Assembly: GCA_918797485.1 (NCBI GenBank)
Contig: CAKKNE010000003.1
Coordinates: forward strand, 3,906,001 to 3,970,000
DNA length: 64,000 bases
DNA from: Pelagomonas calceolata
Lineage: Eukaryota
Reading direction: 5' to 3'
Below, one piece after another: positions 22,630 through 33,181 of this stretch. The notes under the pieces were generated by a model that was given only the letters and a program-made list of their open reading frames with translations, did no database searches and was not told the origin of the DNA. Position 1 is the stretch's first letter. Each line of letters starts with the position of its first letter. The translations under genes and the position numbers were made by a program.

Positions 22630-24384
22630 TCAGAGCGTGCCCGCGAGGAACGCGGTCACGATCGGCGCCATGCCGTCCGCCTGGCTCTTGGCGAGGGGCC
22701 CGTAGAGCTGCGCGAAGGCGTCCTTCGCGAAGCCACCGCCCACGACCGTCGGGACGCCTCCGTCGGTCCCCAGAGCTGTGTTCAGGATGAGGATCTCGAC
22801 GTCGGAACCCGCCTGGACACCGTACCAGTCGTTAGTTACCGTCGTGGCCCGGCCGTGCCAGTACGTCGACTCGGCGCTCCTGGTGAACGGTGGGAACCCG
22901 GGTAGCTCGAAACCTATACCGATCGGGCCTTGGAAATAGGCAAACGGATAAGTGTTCATCTTGTACGACTGGAACGCAGAGGGCTCCGGCGGCGCCTCGG
23001 CGAAGATCTGCTGCGACGCCACCGTGGCGTCGAACGCATACGGATACTGGTAGTACTCGTTCGCAGGCGGCTGATTCTCGAAATCGAAGAGCCGGAACGA
23101 GCCCTCCGTCTGATCGAGCTGGTCGACGATAATGATCTTTAGCGGTCCCGAGCAGTCGAGCTTGCCCTCGGCGCAATCCTTCTGCATCGCTGCGATCGCC
23201 GGGGCGGCGCCCGTGTTCTCGAGGAAACCGCCGTCGGCGAGGCGGTAGCGCGCATTCTCTGAGACCTTCGCGAGATCCGCCGGCGTCTGCGGGCCGTCGG
23301 GCGGGAACGTGTAGCCGTCCTTGAGCAAGGGCGACGCGGCGACCTGGAGCCCGAAAGGCTTGCATGCCGACGCCAGTTCATAGGCGGGATAACCCGGCTT
23401 CCCCGGCGTCGGATCGAGCACGGGCCCATCGGGCGGCGCGAGGAAGGGTAGCTGGCCGGTGAAGGCGAGCGTCGTCTGGAGCCACGTCGGGCCGCCGGCG
23501 TTTCCCAGGAAGGCCGAGGCGCCCGCCAAGAGTTCGAGCAGCGTCGGATTCGGCGTCAAGAGAGCGCTCCCGTCGACGGCCAGCGAGGAGATCTTCGCGT
23601 TCACGACCCAGTCCCCGCCGCCGCCGGCCGGTACCGAGTGCGCGACCGGGATGACCAGGTTGTACGGCGGCGCCGTACCATCATAGTCGTAGGTGCGGAA
23701 CGCTGCATTCGCGGACGACGTCGGCGGCGTGAGGTAGGCGTCGGGCCCTAGCGCCGCATGCACGACGAGAGCAGCAGCGAGGCCTGTCGTCGGCGCGTTC
23801 GTGGTGCGGAGGGTGCTGAACCCGTCAATGCTGTCCTTCAGCAACGCGTTGATGAACGAAAGCCAGTTCCAGGGGGGGAACTGTAGTGCGAGTGGCGGCG
23901 CCGTCAGGAATCCTGCCGTGAGCTGGTTGTACCCGGCATTGAACCCCGCGCAGATATCTGCTCCGCCCGGTCCAATCGGAAGTTCGAAGCCCTTGGGCTG
24001 CTCCGTCGCCCACGCGGGCGGGCCGGATAGCCCGGGATCGGCCGGGTTGAAGCCCGCGGACGCGTCTATCATCGTCTGGCCGTACTGAGCGCCCCATTCC
24101 GCCACCACGTCCTCGATGGGCTTGTCCGGATCGATGACCGCCGAGTAGAAGTCCGGCGAGTAGAGCATGAGCGCTCCAAACCAGCTGCCGCCGGAGGCGC
24201 CACCGAGGTGCGTGACCTCGCGGAGGCGGTCGCCGAGGGCGCGCGCGACCGCGGCGCCCTCCAGGACCGAGCGGAAGCCCGCGCCGTGAATCGTGACGGC
24301 GAGCGGTTTCTGCTCGTCTTTGTATTCGCCGAACGCGTGCGCGCCGGCGAGGGCCGCCGCGAGGACAGCGAGCTTGAGTTTCAT
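22630..24384 (-). CDS. Secreted cPLA2/phospholipase B (patatin-like) lipase
   Basis: Signal peptide MKLKLAVLAAALAGAHA, oxyanion GAGFRS, nucleophile GASGGSW, and LADGG catalytic Asp motif. Confidence 0.78.
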   Translation of the reverse strand: MKLKLAVLAAALAGAHAFGEYKDEQKPLAVTIHGAGFRSVLEGAAVARALGDRLREVTHLGGASGGSWFGALMLYSPDFYSAVIDPDKPIEDVVAEWGAQYGQTMIDASAGFNPADPGLSGPPAWATEQPKGFELPIGPGGADICAGFNAGYNQLTAGFLTAPPLALQFPPWNWLSFINALLKDSIDGFSTLRTTNAPTTGLAAALVVHAALGPDAYLTPPTSSANAAFRTYDYDGTAPPYNLVIPVAHSVPAGGGGDWVVNAKISSLAVDGSALLTPNPTLLELLAGASAFLGNAGGPTWLQTTLAFTGQLPFLAPPDGPVLDPTPGKPGYPAYELASACKPFGLQVAASPLLKDGYTFPPDGPQTPADLAKVSENARYRLADGGFLENTGAAPAIAAMQKDCAEGKLDCSGPLKIIIVDQLDQTEGSFRLFDFENQPPANEYYQYPYAFDATVASQQIFAEAPPEPSAFQSYKMNTYPFAYFQGPIGIGFELPGFPPFTRSAESTYWHGRATTVTNDWYGVQAGSDVEILILNTALGTDGGVPTVVGGGFAKDAFAQLYGPLAKSQADGMAPIVTAFLAGTL

Positions 24385-24801
24385 GCTGTTTCGAAATATC
24401 CTCAGGAACCAGAGGACCGACTTGCCGAAGACGTTTAAATGGCGACGTTCGGAATCTAATTCACTGCTCCAATCTACTGGGCCAAGACCCCAGACGATTG
24501 GGGCGGCAGGACCGAGGACTTGTCCGAGGCCAGATGAACTAGCGTCGACACACACTAGGGCGTCCCGAAGAGGTGTGGCGTGTGCGTCCCTGCGACTCAG
24601 CCCTTGCGTCCTAGTCCAGCCGGACGGGTGGGCCCGGGGGGAGCGGGAGGGGTACGGGGGACCCTGCGACGTAACTAGCCTCAGCCTCAGCCGAACACAA
24701 AAACGCCATCGCATCGTAACAACACACATAAAACGCCATCGTCGCGGGAAAAGCGTCTGTGGAAAAATGCGGCACAAGCCGTCCATGATACACACACATC
24801 G

Positions 24802-25290
24802 TTACACGAAGTCCCCATAAAAACTCCGGTCGGAGTCGAGCTCGCCGTCGCATTTCACCACCAAACGCGCGTCGAGGTCCGGCGCTGCCACTTGAAAAAC
24901 AAGGCACTCGTTCCGCGCTTGACTGTCCGGCCCCAAATCCTCGACGTCGACCTGCGGCGCGTCGGGGCACGTCACCCGTATCAATTTCGGTTGCGCCTCG
25001 ACGGCGTACGCGTCCTCGAGGCCCATGGCCGCCTGGCGCGCGGCTTCGACCTCGATGCGCTTCGCGACGCCCTCTACCACATCCTCGTCGGCGGCGGCGA
25101 GCGTCGCCGCGGCGGCGAGGGCGGCGACCGCGGCCCAGCGGCCGAGGCGCCAGCGGCCCCGCGCGCGCACCCCATCGGCGTGCGCAGCCCGATCGACGGA
25201 GCCGCCGCTGCGTGCCGTGCCGCAGTGCCGGCAGAAGTTGTCGCACGCGTCGCAGCTGCGACCGCAGCGGCGGCAGCGCAGTCCGTCCAT
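24802..25290 (-). CDS. Small protein with N-terminal zinc ribbon and one TM helix
   Basis: MDGLRCRRCG...NFCRHCG followed by WAAVAALAAAATLAA. Confidence 0.55.
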   Translation of the reverse strand: MDGLRCRRCGRSCDACDNFCRHCGTARSGGSVDRAAHADGVRARGRWRLGRWAAVAALAAAATLAAADEDVVEGVAKRIEVEAARQAAMGLEDAYAVEAQPKLIRVTCPDAPQVDVEDLGPDSQARNECLVFQVAAPDLDARLVVKCDGELDSDRSFYGDFV

Positions 25291-25677
25291 GTGTCCTTGG
25301 GCTGCCCGCAAACGCGTCGAGCTGGGAACCACTCTGCACTGTTTCCGCGACGGATGCGGCGTCGACGCGTCGGCGCTTTGAGGCTGCACTGCTGGCTGTC
25401 TCGGCCAACTCGTGATCTTGAGCCTCAGCTTTGCCCCGCAGCCCCGAGGGTGCCGTCGGGCAGCCCAAATCACGTATTTCGCCCAAAACGCGATGCAACA
25501 ACACGCTTTTTGAGCCCAAGCACTGGGACAAAACGCCGCAAAACCCGAAATACTTGAAAATAACAACTCACGCGTCTCCCACGGGTCTCGGCCGGGAGCC
25601 GTCCGCTCCGAACCCATCAGACACAGGCCGCGACGCCCCCGAATTCAGGCCGAGTGCGCGTGTCCAGTTTGTGGAGC

Positions 25678-27142
25678 ATGCGCGCACCTGAGCGAACTGC
25701 CGGACTCTGGAGCCCCATGCGGACGCCGCAGAAGGCCGGGGCTGCGCCCGCCGATGACCGGTCGCCCGGCATGGTGAAGCGCGCGCGCCATGTGCCCGCG
25801 GCGCCGTGGCCTAGGAGGCAACAAGCCAACTTCACAGTGGTGATTCGGACGACGCTCTTCGTCGCCCTGGCCTGCGCGTTGCTGGCCTGGGGCGCGCGCG
25901 TCGGGAGCGCGCTCTTCTCGGACGGGGAGGACGCCCAAATTTTGGTCCATGATAGGTGTCCTCCTCCTGCTTCGCGTTTCGTGCGCGCGAGGCCACTCCC
26001 TGGTGGTAAATCTACTTCTGAGTTGATAGCCAGGGCGAAAAGTAGCGGAGAACCATGTGTGCAGCGTCCTCGCACGGTCGTGACGATGTCGTCGTTCTAC
26101 GGGCGGCACCAGAATTTACCACTTGTGGTCGAGTCGATACTGGCGCAGACGTGTCCCCCGGACCGGATCTACGTGTTCCTTTCCTTGGCTCCGTTGATCG
26201 ATCGAGAATTTAGACACAACAAGACGCGGAGTATCGGGTACTGGCGCGGCGTCCGACGACTCCACGCGACGATGGCGCGTGGGGTAGATTACACCACACG
26301 CGACGACGTAGCACCTGTACGCCATCGACGCGACGCGCGACGGCGCGAATCTGCCGCGACACCGCCCCGCACCACGCAGGCACGAGATCGGCGCCTTCGA
26401 GGCGGCCCTGAAGCGCATGTCTCCTTTGCTCGAGTTGGTCATCATCGATAGAGCTGAGGACGACCTGGGGCCCGCGACGAAACTACTCCCCGCTCTCAAA
26501 AGAGAAACGAACCCGTCTACGCGTTTAGTAACGGTCGACGACGACACGACGTATCATGAGGATTTACTACTGGCTTTGGCTCTGGCGGCGGACACGACCA
26601 AGGACCCCGTCGCGGTTGGTTTTTGGTGCGAAGAATTTGGCTGGTCGCCGGAGACGTCCTACTTCTTCATGCACGCTACTAGACGAAGGGAGTGCCTCGG
26701 GATGGCCGTGGAGGGGTCCTGTCACGGCTGGCTGAGCGGCGTCGGAGGTGTCCTGTTCACTAGAAGTGTCTTCGACGATTCTGTATTTAACTACACGTCA
26801 AGACCGCGAGGGTGTTGGCTACATGATGATGTGTGGTTTGGAGGCCACGTCGCGGCGCGACAGGACGCGGTGGCTTACCTCATAGACCCCGGCTTCCACT
26901 CGCGCAAGGTGCGGCGCATCGAGAAGGACCGGTCGCGGTCGTCGTCCTACAGTCAAACGCTCAAGATGCGGGAGCACGGTCATGACCCGGAGGCCCAGTG
27001 CGCGTCGTCCTTCGACGCGATGCGCGACGCCGTCCACCGGGGCCACGCGGCGTCCAGACGGCGTCGAAGACGTGCGGCCGCCGAGGCTCGCGCGGCGCGG
27101 GGCGCGCGGCGGCGCTTCCGCCACTTCCACCGAGGCGCGTAA
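25678..27142 (+). CDS. Type II membrane GT-A fold glycosyltransferase (GT2-like); intron 26238(or 26244)-26379
   Basis: TM helix, VESILAQTCPPDRIY, DLGPATKLLP, LVTVDDD, GVGGVL and HDDVWFGGH. The phase-2 intron restores the frame. Confidence 0.75.
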
Positions 27143-27271
27143 CCTTCTCTTTTGCTGATCCACCTTTACTACACATTGTTAAATCGAAAGAAAACGGACC
27201 AGCGGCGCACGCCATCGCCGCGGCGCACGTACTACTTCGGCGCGGCGTGGCGCGAAACTCGCGCCTCGCGC

Positions 27272-28809
27272 TTAACCGCAAGCCGCCGGCGTATACAGAT
27301 CGGCAGCATAAGAGCACGTCTCCGGCTCGCCGACGTTTTCGAGCCACTCCTCGGAGCCACAGCGCAAGGACACGACCAAATCCCGCGCGCCGCGCCCGGG
27401 ACAGTGCTGGCCGCCCCCAAAATACCACTTCGTGTTGTCCGCGCGCCATTCCCGAAAACTTCCCAGCGACGTGTGGTCCTGCTTTGCTCGACCGAACGCG
27501 CACACTTCGTACGTGTACTGGCTGACCTTGACCGAGAAGCACCTATCCCGCAGGACGTGGTAGGCGCCATCTGGCCCTGCATCGCCGTCGAGGACCTTTT
27601 GGGCGTCCCGCAGCGCGGTCTCGGCCGTTTTTTTCGTGGCTTCGGCCTCCTCCAATTGTTTTTTCGCTTCCGACGCGTCGGCTGCTAGGTAGGCCTCCAT
27701 ATCTGACGAGGGCCGTTCCACGGGGAGCACCTTCCCAGCTAAGGCGCCGCCGACGTCGTAGAGCGGTACGAGGCGCTGCTTCGCTTGCGTCGCGTCGGTC
27801 TTCGCGCAGGCGGCGAGGGCCTCTGTCGCCGCCTTCGTCGTCGGCGCGTCGTCGGAAAAGGGCAGTCCAGATAATAATCCCTGCAGCCGCGTCCGCGCCA
27901 GCGACGCGGCGTCGGCGCGCTTGGCCTCCTCGCCTTCCTGCGCGTCGTTGAGCGCCTCCAAGGTGTCATGACCTGCGCACGGCGCGTCGCGGCGATGGCG
28001 TGCACGCGTCGCAGCGACGGCGTACCGCTCTTACGCCATCGACGCGGAAGGCAGGACGCCGCCGCGGCACCGAGCGACAGGACGTCGGCGTCCTCGATAG
28101 TATCCGAGGGCAGGTTCTCGTGCACCGCCTCCAGCAAAGCCTCGATATTATCAGCAACAACACAAAGCGCGACGGCGGCCCTTGCTATGGATGCGGGCGC
28201 TTCACCTAGCAAAGCGGCCTCGCGCTGCGCGGCCGCGTCGACGTCCGCCTTCGCGACGGCGGCGTCCCGCCGTGCCGTCGCCTCCGTCTCGTACGAAGCT
28301 ACTCGCTGGCGCGGGCCGTCTTCATCTATTTCGTCGAGGAGCCGCTGCGCGTCATCACGACGAGTCTCCGCGTCCGCGATATCATTTTTATACTGTTCGA
28401 CGTACTCGGCGCGTCTCGCGAGCCCTTTCAACCGCTCGGCCTCGGCCGCCGCCGCTGCGGCGGCGGCGGCCTCAGCGGCGGCAGCACAGGTGTCCTCGCA
28501 CGTACCTTCCGCTTCGTCCTTCCCGTCGCAGCAATCGCAGACGCCGTCGCCGACGCGCGACGCGGGGACTCCGGAGCCATCGGCACATGCAAAGCGTTTT
28601 AGGGCCGTGACGCCGGAGCACGCAGAAGTGCGCGGCTCGTCGGCGCCGTCGGCGCAGTCGCAATAATCATCATTGATATACGACGAGGGCACGGCCGTGT
28701 AGCCGCCGTCGCAGGCGAGGCCGCCCGCCGGCACGTCCGGCTTGCGCTGGCGGCCGAAGAAGGCGGCGTTCGCTGTTATTGTGAGCAGGAGGAGGGTGGC
28801 CCGCGGCAT
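27272..28809 (-). CDS. Glucosidase II beta subunit-like (PRKCSH/GTB1); intron 27973-28070
   Basis: INDDYCDCADGADEPRTSAC and SRVGDGVCDCCDGKDE at the N-terminus. C-terminal MRH domain YTYEVCAFG...GGQHC...R...LRCG...EPETCSY...TPAAC. Confidence 0.88.
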
Positions 28810-29191
28810 TGCTTCGCTGCGTCGCGCGCCGTAAAGCCGATTTGTGTCGGCCTTGAGTGCTTTGCCACAGCAGCGATGACAGCGTTCCGCGCGTCGCTGC
28901 AGCTATTGAGGGCGACAAATGCCTGGTCTGAGGACCGCGCAGCGATGCAATACGAGCTCCTAAGCCGACGGCGCGCAAAAATGTCGAGCGCGGCTAGTGT
29001 CTTTACACGACGCTAGCTAACTTTTCACTGGATTTTTCCGCGGGATCTCGACGTCTCTCGCGTCGACGAGGCGTGGAGAGCCGAAGGAGTCAGCGGACAG
29101 CCCGCCCTTGCATATCGCAGCGCGCGAGCTCGCCGGAGGACGCGTCGGCGGAGCGCAGCTACACGTGGCTTTTCGCAGCGCTCGCAAGACG

Positions 29192-29853
29192 ATGGCGCCG
29201 CGACAGCTACTGATCGCCGCACTCCTCGCCTCCCCGTGCCACGCCTTCTTCAGCAGCGGCCGCACGTGCGAGATCGAGTCCTGCAACACGTGATGGCGCG
29301 ACCGCATCCCGGTGGCGGACCGGTGGATCAAGGGCGAGGACGGCGCGGCGGCGTACGGCTGCAAGATCACGTGGATCCGGCACCATTCTCCCGAACTCAT
29401 CGTCAAGGACGGCTGGTCGGAAGTAGAACGGATTTCTCTAGAAAGGATGCGGTCGGCCCAAGAAATTGATAGATTGATGCAGTCGCGAGGGTTCAAGCAC
29501 ACTGATCAATATCGGGAGAAGCTGCGGTCGAAAAGGGACGTCACGTTTGAAGCGACGGACGAAATTGATATCTACTATTTGCAGGCGGACGGGTCCGAGG
29601 CCGTGTCCACCTTACGCCATCGAGCAGACGCAGTTCGCGTCGATGGCGTGCGGATCGTGAAATCTGATGTCCACGCAGGTCCAAGGAGCACGTCGGGACC
29701 GCGGACCGCGGCGAGCCCGTGACGGTGCAGACGACGGTCGGGCACCGGTTCGAGATTCAAGATGGGTTCGGCGACGTCGTCAAGGTCTATGTCGTACAAG
29801 AGGGGTCGCTGCACCAGCGCGTGCGGGTGAACCCGTCGACGGGGGAACTCTAG
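29192..29853 (+). CDS. SELENOM/Sep15-family selenoprotein with in-frame UGA (Sec34, 29291-29293) and extra C-terminal beta domain; intron 29593-29678
   Basis: Signal peptide. EIESCNT-U-WRDRIP...ITWIRHHSPELIV...EVERISLERM...EIDRLMQSRGF aligns by eye with SelM (CxxU...PEL...ERI.L...EIN.L....GF). The spliced protein ends NPSTGEL (191 aa), with a SECIS-like hairpin immediately 3'. Confidence 0.88.
29601..29678 (+). mobile_element. Degenerate, deleted introner copy forming the selenoprotein intron
   Basis: TSD GTCCGAGG/GTCCAAGG. It retains the central CGCCATCGAGCAG...CGCGTCGATGGCGTG and the terminal TGATGTCCACGCAG. Confidence 0.8.
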
Positions 29854-29859
29854 TCCGCT

Positions 29860-29926
29860 CGCCGGGCGCGTGAGATGACGGGGCGCGACTGTACTAGGTC
29901 GCGCCCCCGAGAAGACGCGTTTGGCG
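29860..29926 (+). promoter_or_regulatory. SECIS element (selenocysteine insertion sequence), non-canonical apex
   Basis: Helix I CGCCGGGCGCGT/ACGCGTTTGGCG, core ATGAC (29875-29879) opposite CGAG (29908-29911), perfect 10-bp helix II GGGGCGCGAC/GTCGCGCCCC, and loop TGTACTAG. Confidence 0.82.
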
Positions 29927-30136
29927 ACGGGGGCTCTGTGTTAACATCTATGTCGTGAGGCTTCTTCGCGGCGGTGGCGTCGAGTGGTGCGCCGTCGATG
30001 TCGTCCCCGTTGAGAGTGCGGCCGCGACGACGGCGTCGAGCCCGGACGCCATCGACGCGCCGCCGCAGATAGTTTATGTGATTTGTCTTACTAAAACTGG
30101 GGTGCGTTGTGCACGCAACTCCGAGGCACGCCGCGG

Positions 30137-30463
30137 CTACGGCCTCAGCGCGTCGAGGTGGGCCCGGACCTCGCCCCGCGCCCAGCGGTCGCTCGTGCCC
30201 TCGGCCAACGACGGGTAGATCGGGATCGCGGCGCCCGTGTCGACGGGATGTAGCGTCGCGTAGCCGGCCTTGTAAATGGCCGGGACGACCGCTTCCCGGT
30301 AGTCGTCGTTGATGCTCTGGAAGAAATCTTCTCCGTGAGCATCGAGGTTGATCGGCGCCGTCTCAGGCGCGCTGATCATGCTGGGGCAGACGACGCGGTT
30401 CGCGCCGGGCAGTCGCGTCGCGAGCTTGACGCTCGCGCTGGCCAGGATGGAGATGAAGCGCAT
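30137..30463 (-). CDS. Hypothetical 108-aa protein
   Basis: ATG ORF with normal amino-acid composition. No family recognised. Confidence 0.5.
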   Translation of the reverse strand: MRFISILASASVKLATRLPGANRVVCPSMISAPETAPINLDAHGEDFFQSINDDYREAVVPAIYKAGYATLHPVDTGAAIPIYPSLAEGTSDRWARGEVRAHLDALRP

Positions 30464-30956
30464 CGTTCTAGTGTCGTGTCGTGGGTCGTGCCGTAGAGTC
30501 GTGAGAGGCGTCCTGGCGTTTGCGAGAGGCGGGAAAGCACAAGAGTGTTAGTCAATTGCAGAGTCTCACTTGGTGCGCGTCGAGGTTCGACGAGGCGTTG
30601 TGAGTGTCAATTCGGAGTGTAGAGGAAACGCGTGAGCGGGCCACAGGTCGCTGATGCGATTGCTGCGGCTTTTTTGTGGTGCTTAAATATTTTATGCTCT
30701 CCACAATCGGAGAACGAGGGCCGGCAAAGGCCGGGCACCGCAAGCCTAGAATGCCGCGCTCCACTCCTAGCTAGACCTCCAGACGCTTGGAGCTCTGGGC
30801 AGTGGCCCCTCCCGCCTGGCGCGCGCCGCTCTCGCCGCGCGCGCACGAAAAAGGCCGGGCAAGTGACCGCGTTCCACTCCTAGCCAGAGCACTGACGGAC
30901 CTAGAGCCCGTACGAAGGCCCTGTCCCGCGCACGCCCCGAGCGAAAGGAAAAACTA

Positions 30957-32964
30957 TCACACATAAGTATACCCCGCCGTCGGCACTTGATCGGTAGCGA
31001 TCAACAGCGACGGATCAATAGCAGCTTCTTTCTTCTTCTTTTTCTTCGTCTCCGGCTTCTCCATCTTCTGCAGGATCCACCGGTTGTTCTCGCCCCGGAC
31101 GATCTGGGAGCCGTAGAAGGGTGCCGAGGACGCGTTCGCCCGGGCCACGCCATCCAACAACTCCTGGGAGACGGTGTAGCGCGACCGCTCCTTGATGATT
31201 TGCTGTTCTCGCTCTTCAGCTTCGCGTTTCTCGGTCTCCTCGACAGAGCCGCCCCAGTCGTCGTCGTAGGACAGCTTCCGGCGTTCTTTCTTCGGTAATT
31301 TTGGTGGTTCGAAAGAGCGCCCTTTGACGAGTGACGAGGGCGCCTTCGCGTTCAGAGGGTTCACGTCTCTCTTGGAAAACTTCTTCCGCCCGTAGACGTG
31401 GCGGTGCCTGTCTTGATTCGCGAGGGGATATTCTAACCCGTCGAAGCACTTATCCGGTAGGATGATAGAACCTCCCAAAAAATTGTCGCGCACGGTGACG
31501 ACGTGCGTGATGCCTGCGTGGAAAGCCACCGGTGAGTGTGCACTGCCCCTCCGTAGCGTATGGTACAGCTCGTTCGCCATCGACGCGACATGTCAACAAA
31601 CAGTGGAGGCGGACACCGCATCCTACGTTTCTCCGGGGGCTTGGCCGCGTACCGCAGCTGCTTCCTACAATAGATATCTCGGTTCTCAGGGTGGAACGGG
31701 TCCCGCGCCAGTGCCTTCTTCGACTCCGCGCGGTTCGCAATCATTTGTCGAGCAGGCATGTCCGTGACCCGCTCTCGTATTTTAAGAGGCAGGCACATCG
31801 TGTCCGTCCGCGCCTTCTGGAAGGCCTTCTTGCGCACGCGGATGCCCTTGTGGTGCACAGCTAACAAAGTTTTCAAAGGGCCGCGCTTCGTCGCGAAGAT
31901 ATTTTGGGGCTTGCCGAACTTCCAGGGCTCCCTCCTGAGCTTGCGGTGGGGGACCTGCGTGGTCATGGCGTCGGCGATGGCGCGGCCTCGACGCCGTCGA
32001 CGCAGGATCGAAGGCAAGACGCCGCTTCCCACGTTGTACAGCGTGTGCGGCAACCCGATGTCGTCGTGGAGCTCCACATATACGAGGTCGCAGAACTCCG
32101 GAAAGTCGATGTGGCCACTTCCGTCCTTGTCCGTCCTTCGAAATAAATCGTCGACGCAGTAGTCGTCCAGGGCCAGCGGGTGCTCCAGCTCGATGAGCAG
32201 CTTCTGGAGCTCATCCCTATCGATCTCCCCCGAGCCGTCTTCGTCGACGCGCTTGAACACGCGCTTCAAATGATCTATCTCGTCCGGCAGCCACGCGCCT
32301 TCACTTTCCAGGTGGACATCGTACCGAATATCGGGAGGCCTACCCGGGCACAATCGCCCGTAGTTCACCTTCCGCACCGAACCCTTGCGCCAGACGCCGT
32401 GCGTGTGGACTTCGACCTTGTCGCCTGCGCGGAACGACGGCCACGTCGACGGCGTCGCGGCGACGTGGCATCGCGTCGACGGCGTCGCGGCGGCGTGGCA
32501 TCGCGAGGACTCAAAATCTACGCTGGGGCAGCACCCTTCTCCGGGAACCAATTTCTTGTAATCCCGTCGTACTGCCTCGCGCGAGCTGCCCTCGACAAAA
32601 AGCCGTGGTGGCCCTCCATGGACACGTCGCCGAAGGCCCTACTTTCGCGGGGATAATCGCGATTCGTCACGCCAATTTGGTAGCCTTCTGGGGGCGCCGG
32701 CCACTCCAGTTCATGCCGCACGTCTTTTCCCGTGAACTCGTCCTGCCAGTCCGGTGCCAAACAGCACTTCACCGGTTCTCGCGCGAGTGCTTCGGCGACG
32801 GCGTCCTCGCACCACTCCTTCTTCTCGGTGGTCAGCCACTTCGCGACCTCCGGCGACGGCTTGTAGGGCAGAGGTAACCGCGCGGACGTGCCGGGCGCGT
32901 ACTTTTCCCGTTCTCTTCTCTCAGCGTCGGCCTTGGCCTTGGCCTTCTTGGGGGAGAGGGGCAT
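30957..32964 (-). CDS. Tudor-like plus paired EF-hand protein (introns 32425-32534 and 31514-31626)
   Basis: GDKVEVH...WRKGSV...YDVHL, then EF-hands DEDGSGEIDRDEL and DKDGSGHIDFPEF. Two GT-AG introns join three ORFs in frame to 594 aa. Confidence 0.75.
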
Positions 32965-33181
32965 GCCTCGCGTTGGTTGGGCTGCCTCGGGGCGCGGCCC
33001 GGCGGCGGCGTCGCTGCGCGTGTTGGTTGGTGGTGTGCTGCGCGGCGATGGGTTGAGCTGGATCTCGCGCTGCGCCAGTGTGTCTGCTGCGTTAATCCTA
33101 GTGTGTCGATACGCTTAGCTCCTTGCTCGGCGCGGCTGCCCGCATCAAACTGTGGAGGCAGCCTTCGCGAGCATGTAGGCC

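Noticed and set aside
22584..24660. G-rich tracts flanking the lipase gene (and at 11893-11955) as G-quadruplexes or element ends
   Set aside because: No TIR, TSD or shared sequence. G-runs are unremarkable at this composition.
29291..29293. TGA as a pseudogenising nonsense mutation
   Set aside because: It falls exactly at the CxxU Sec position, and a SECIS-like hairpin follows the true stop.
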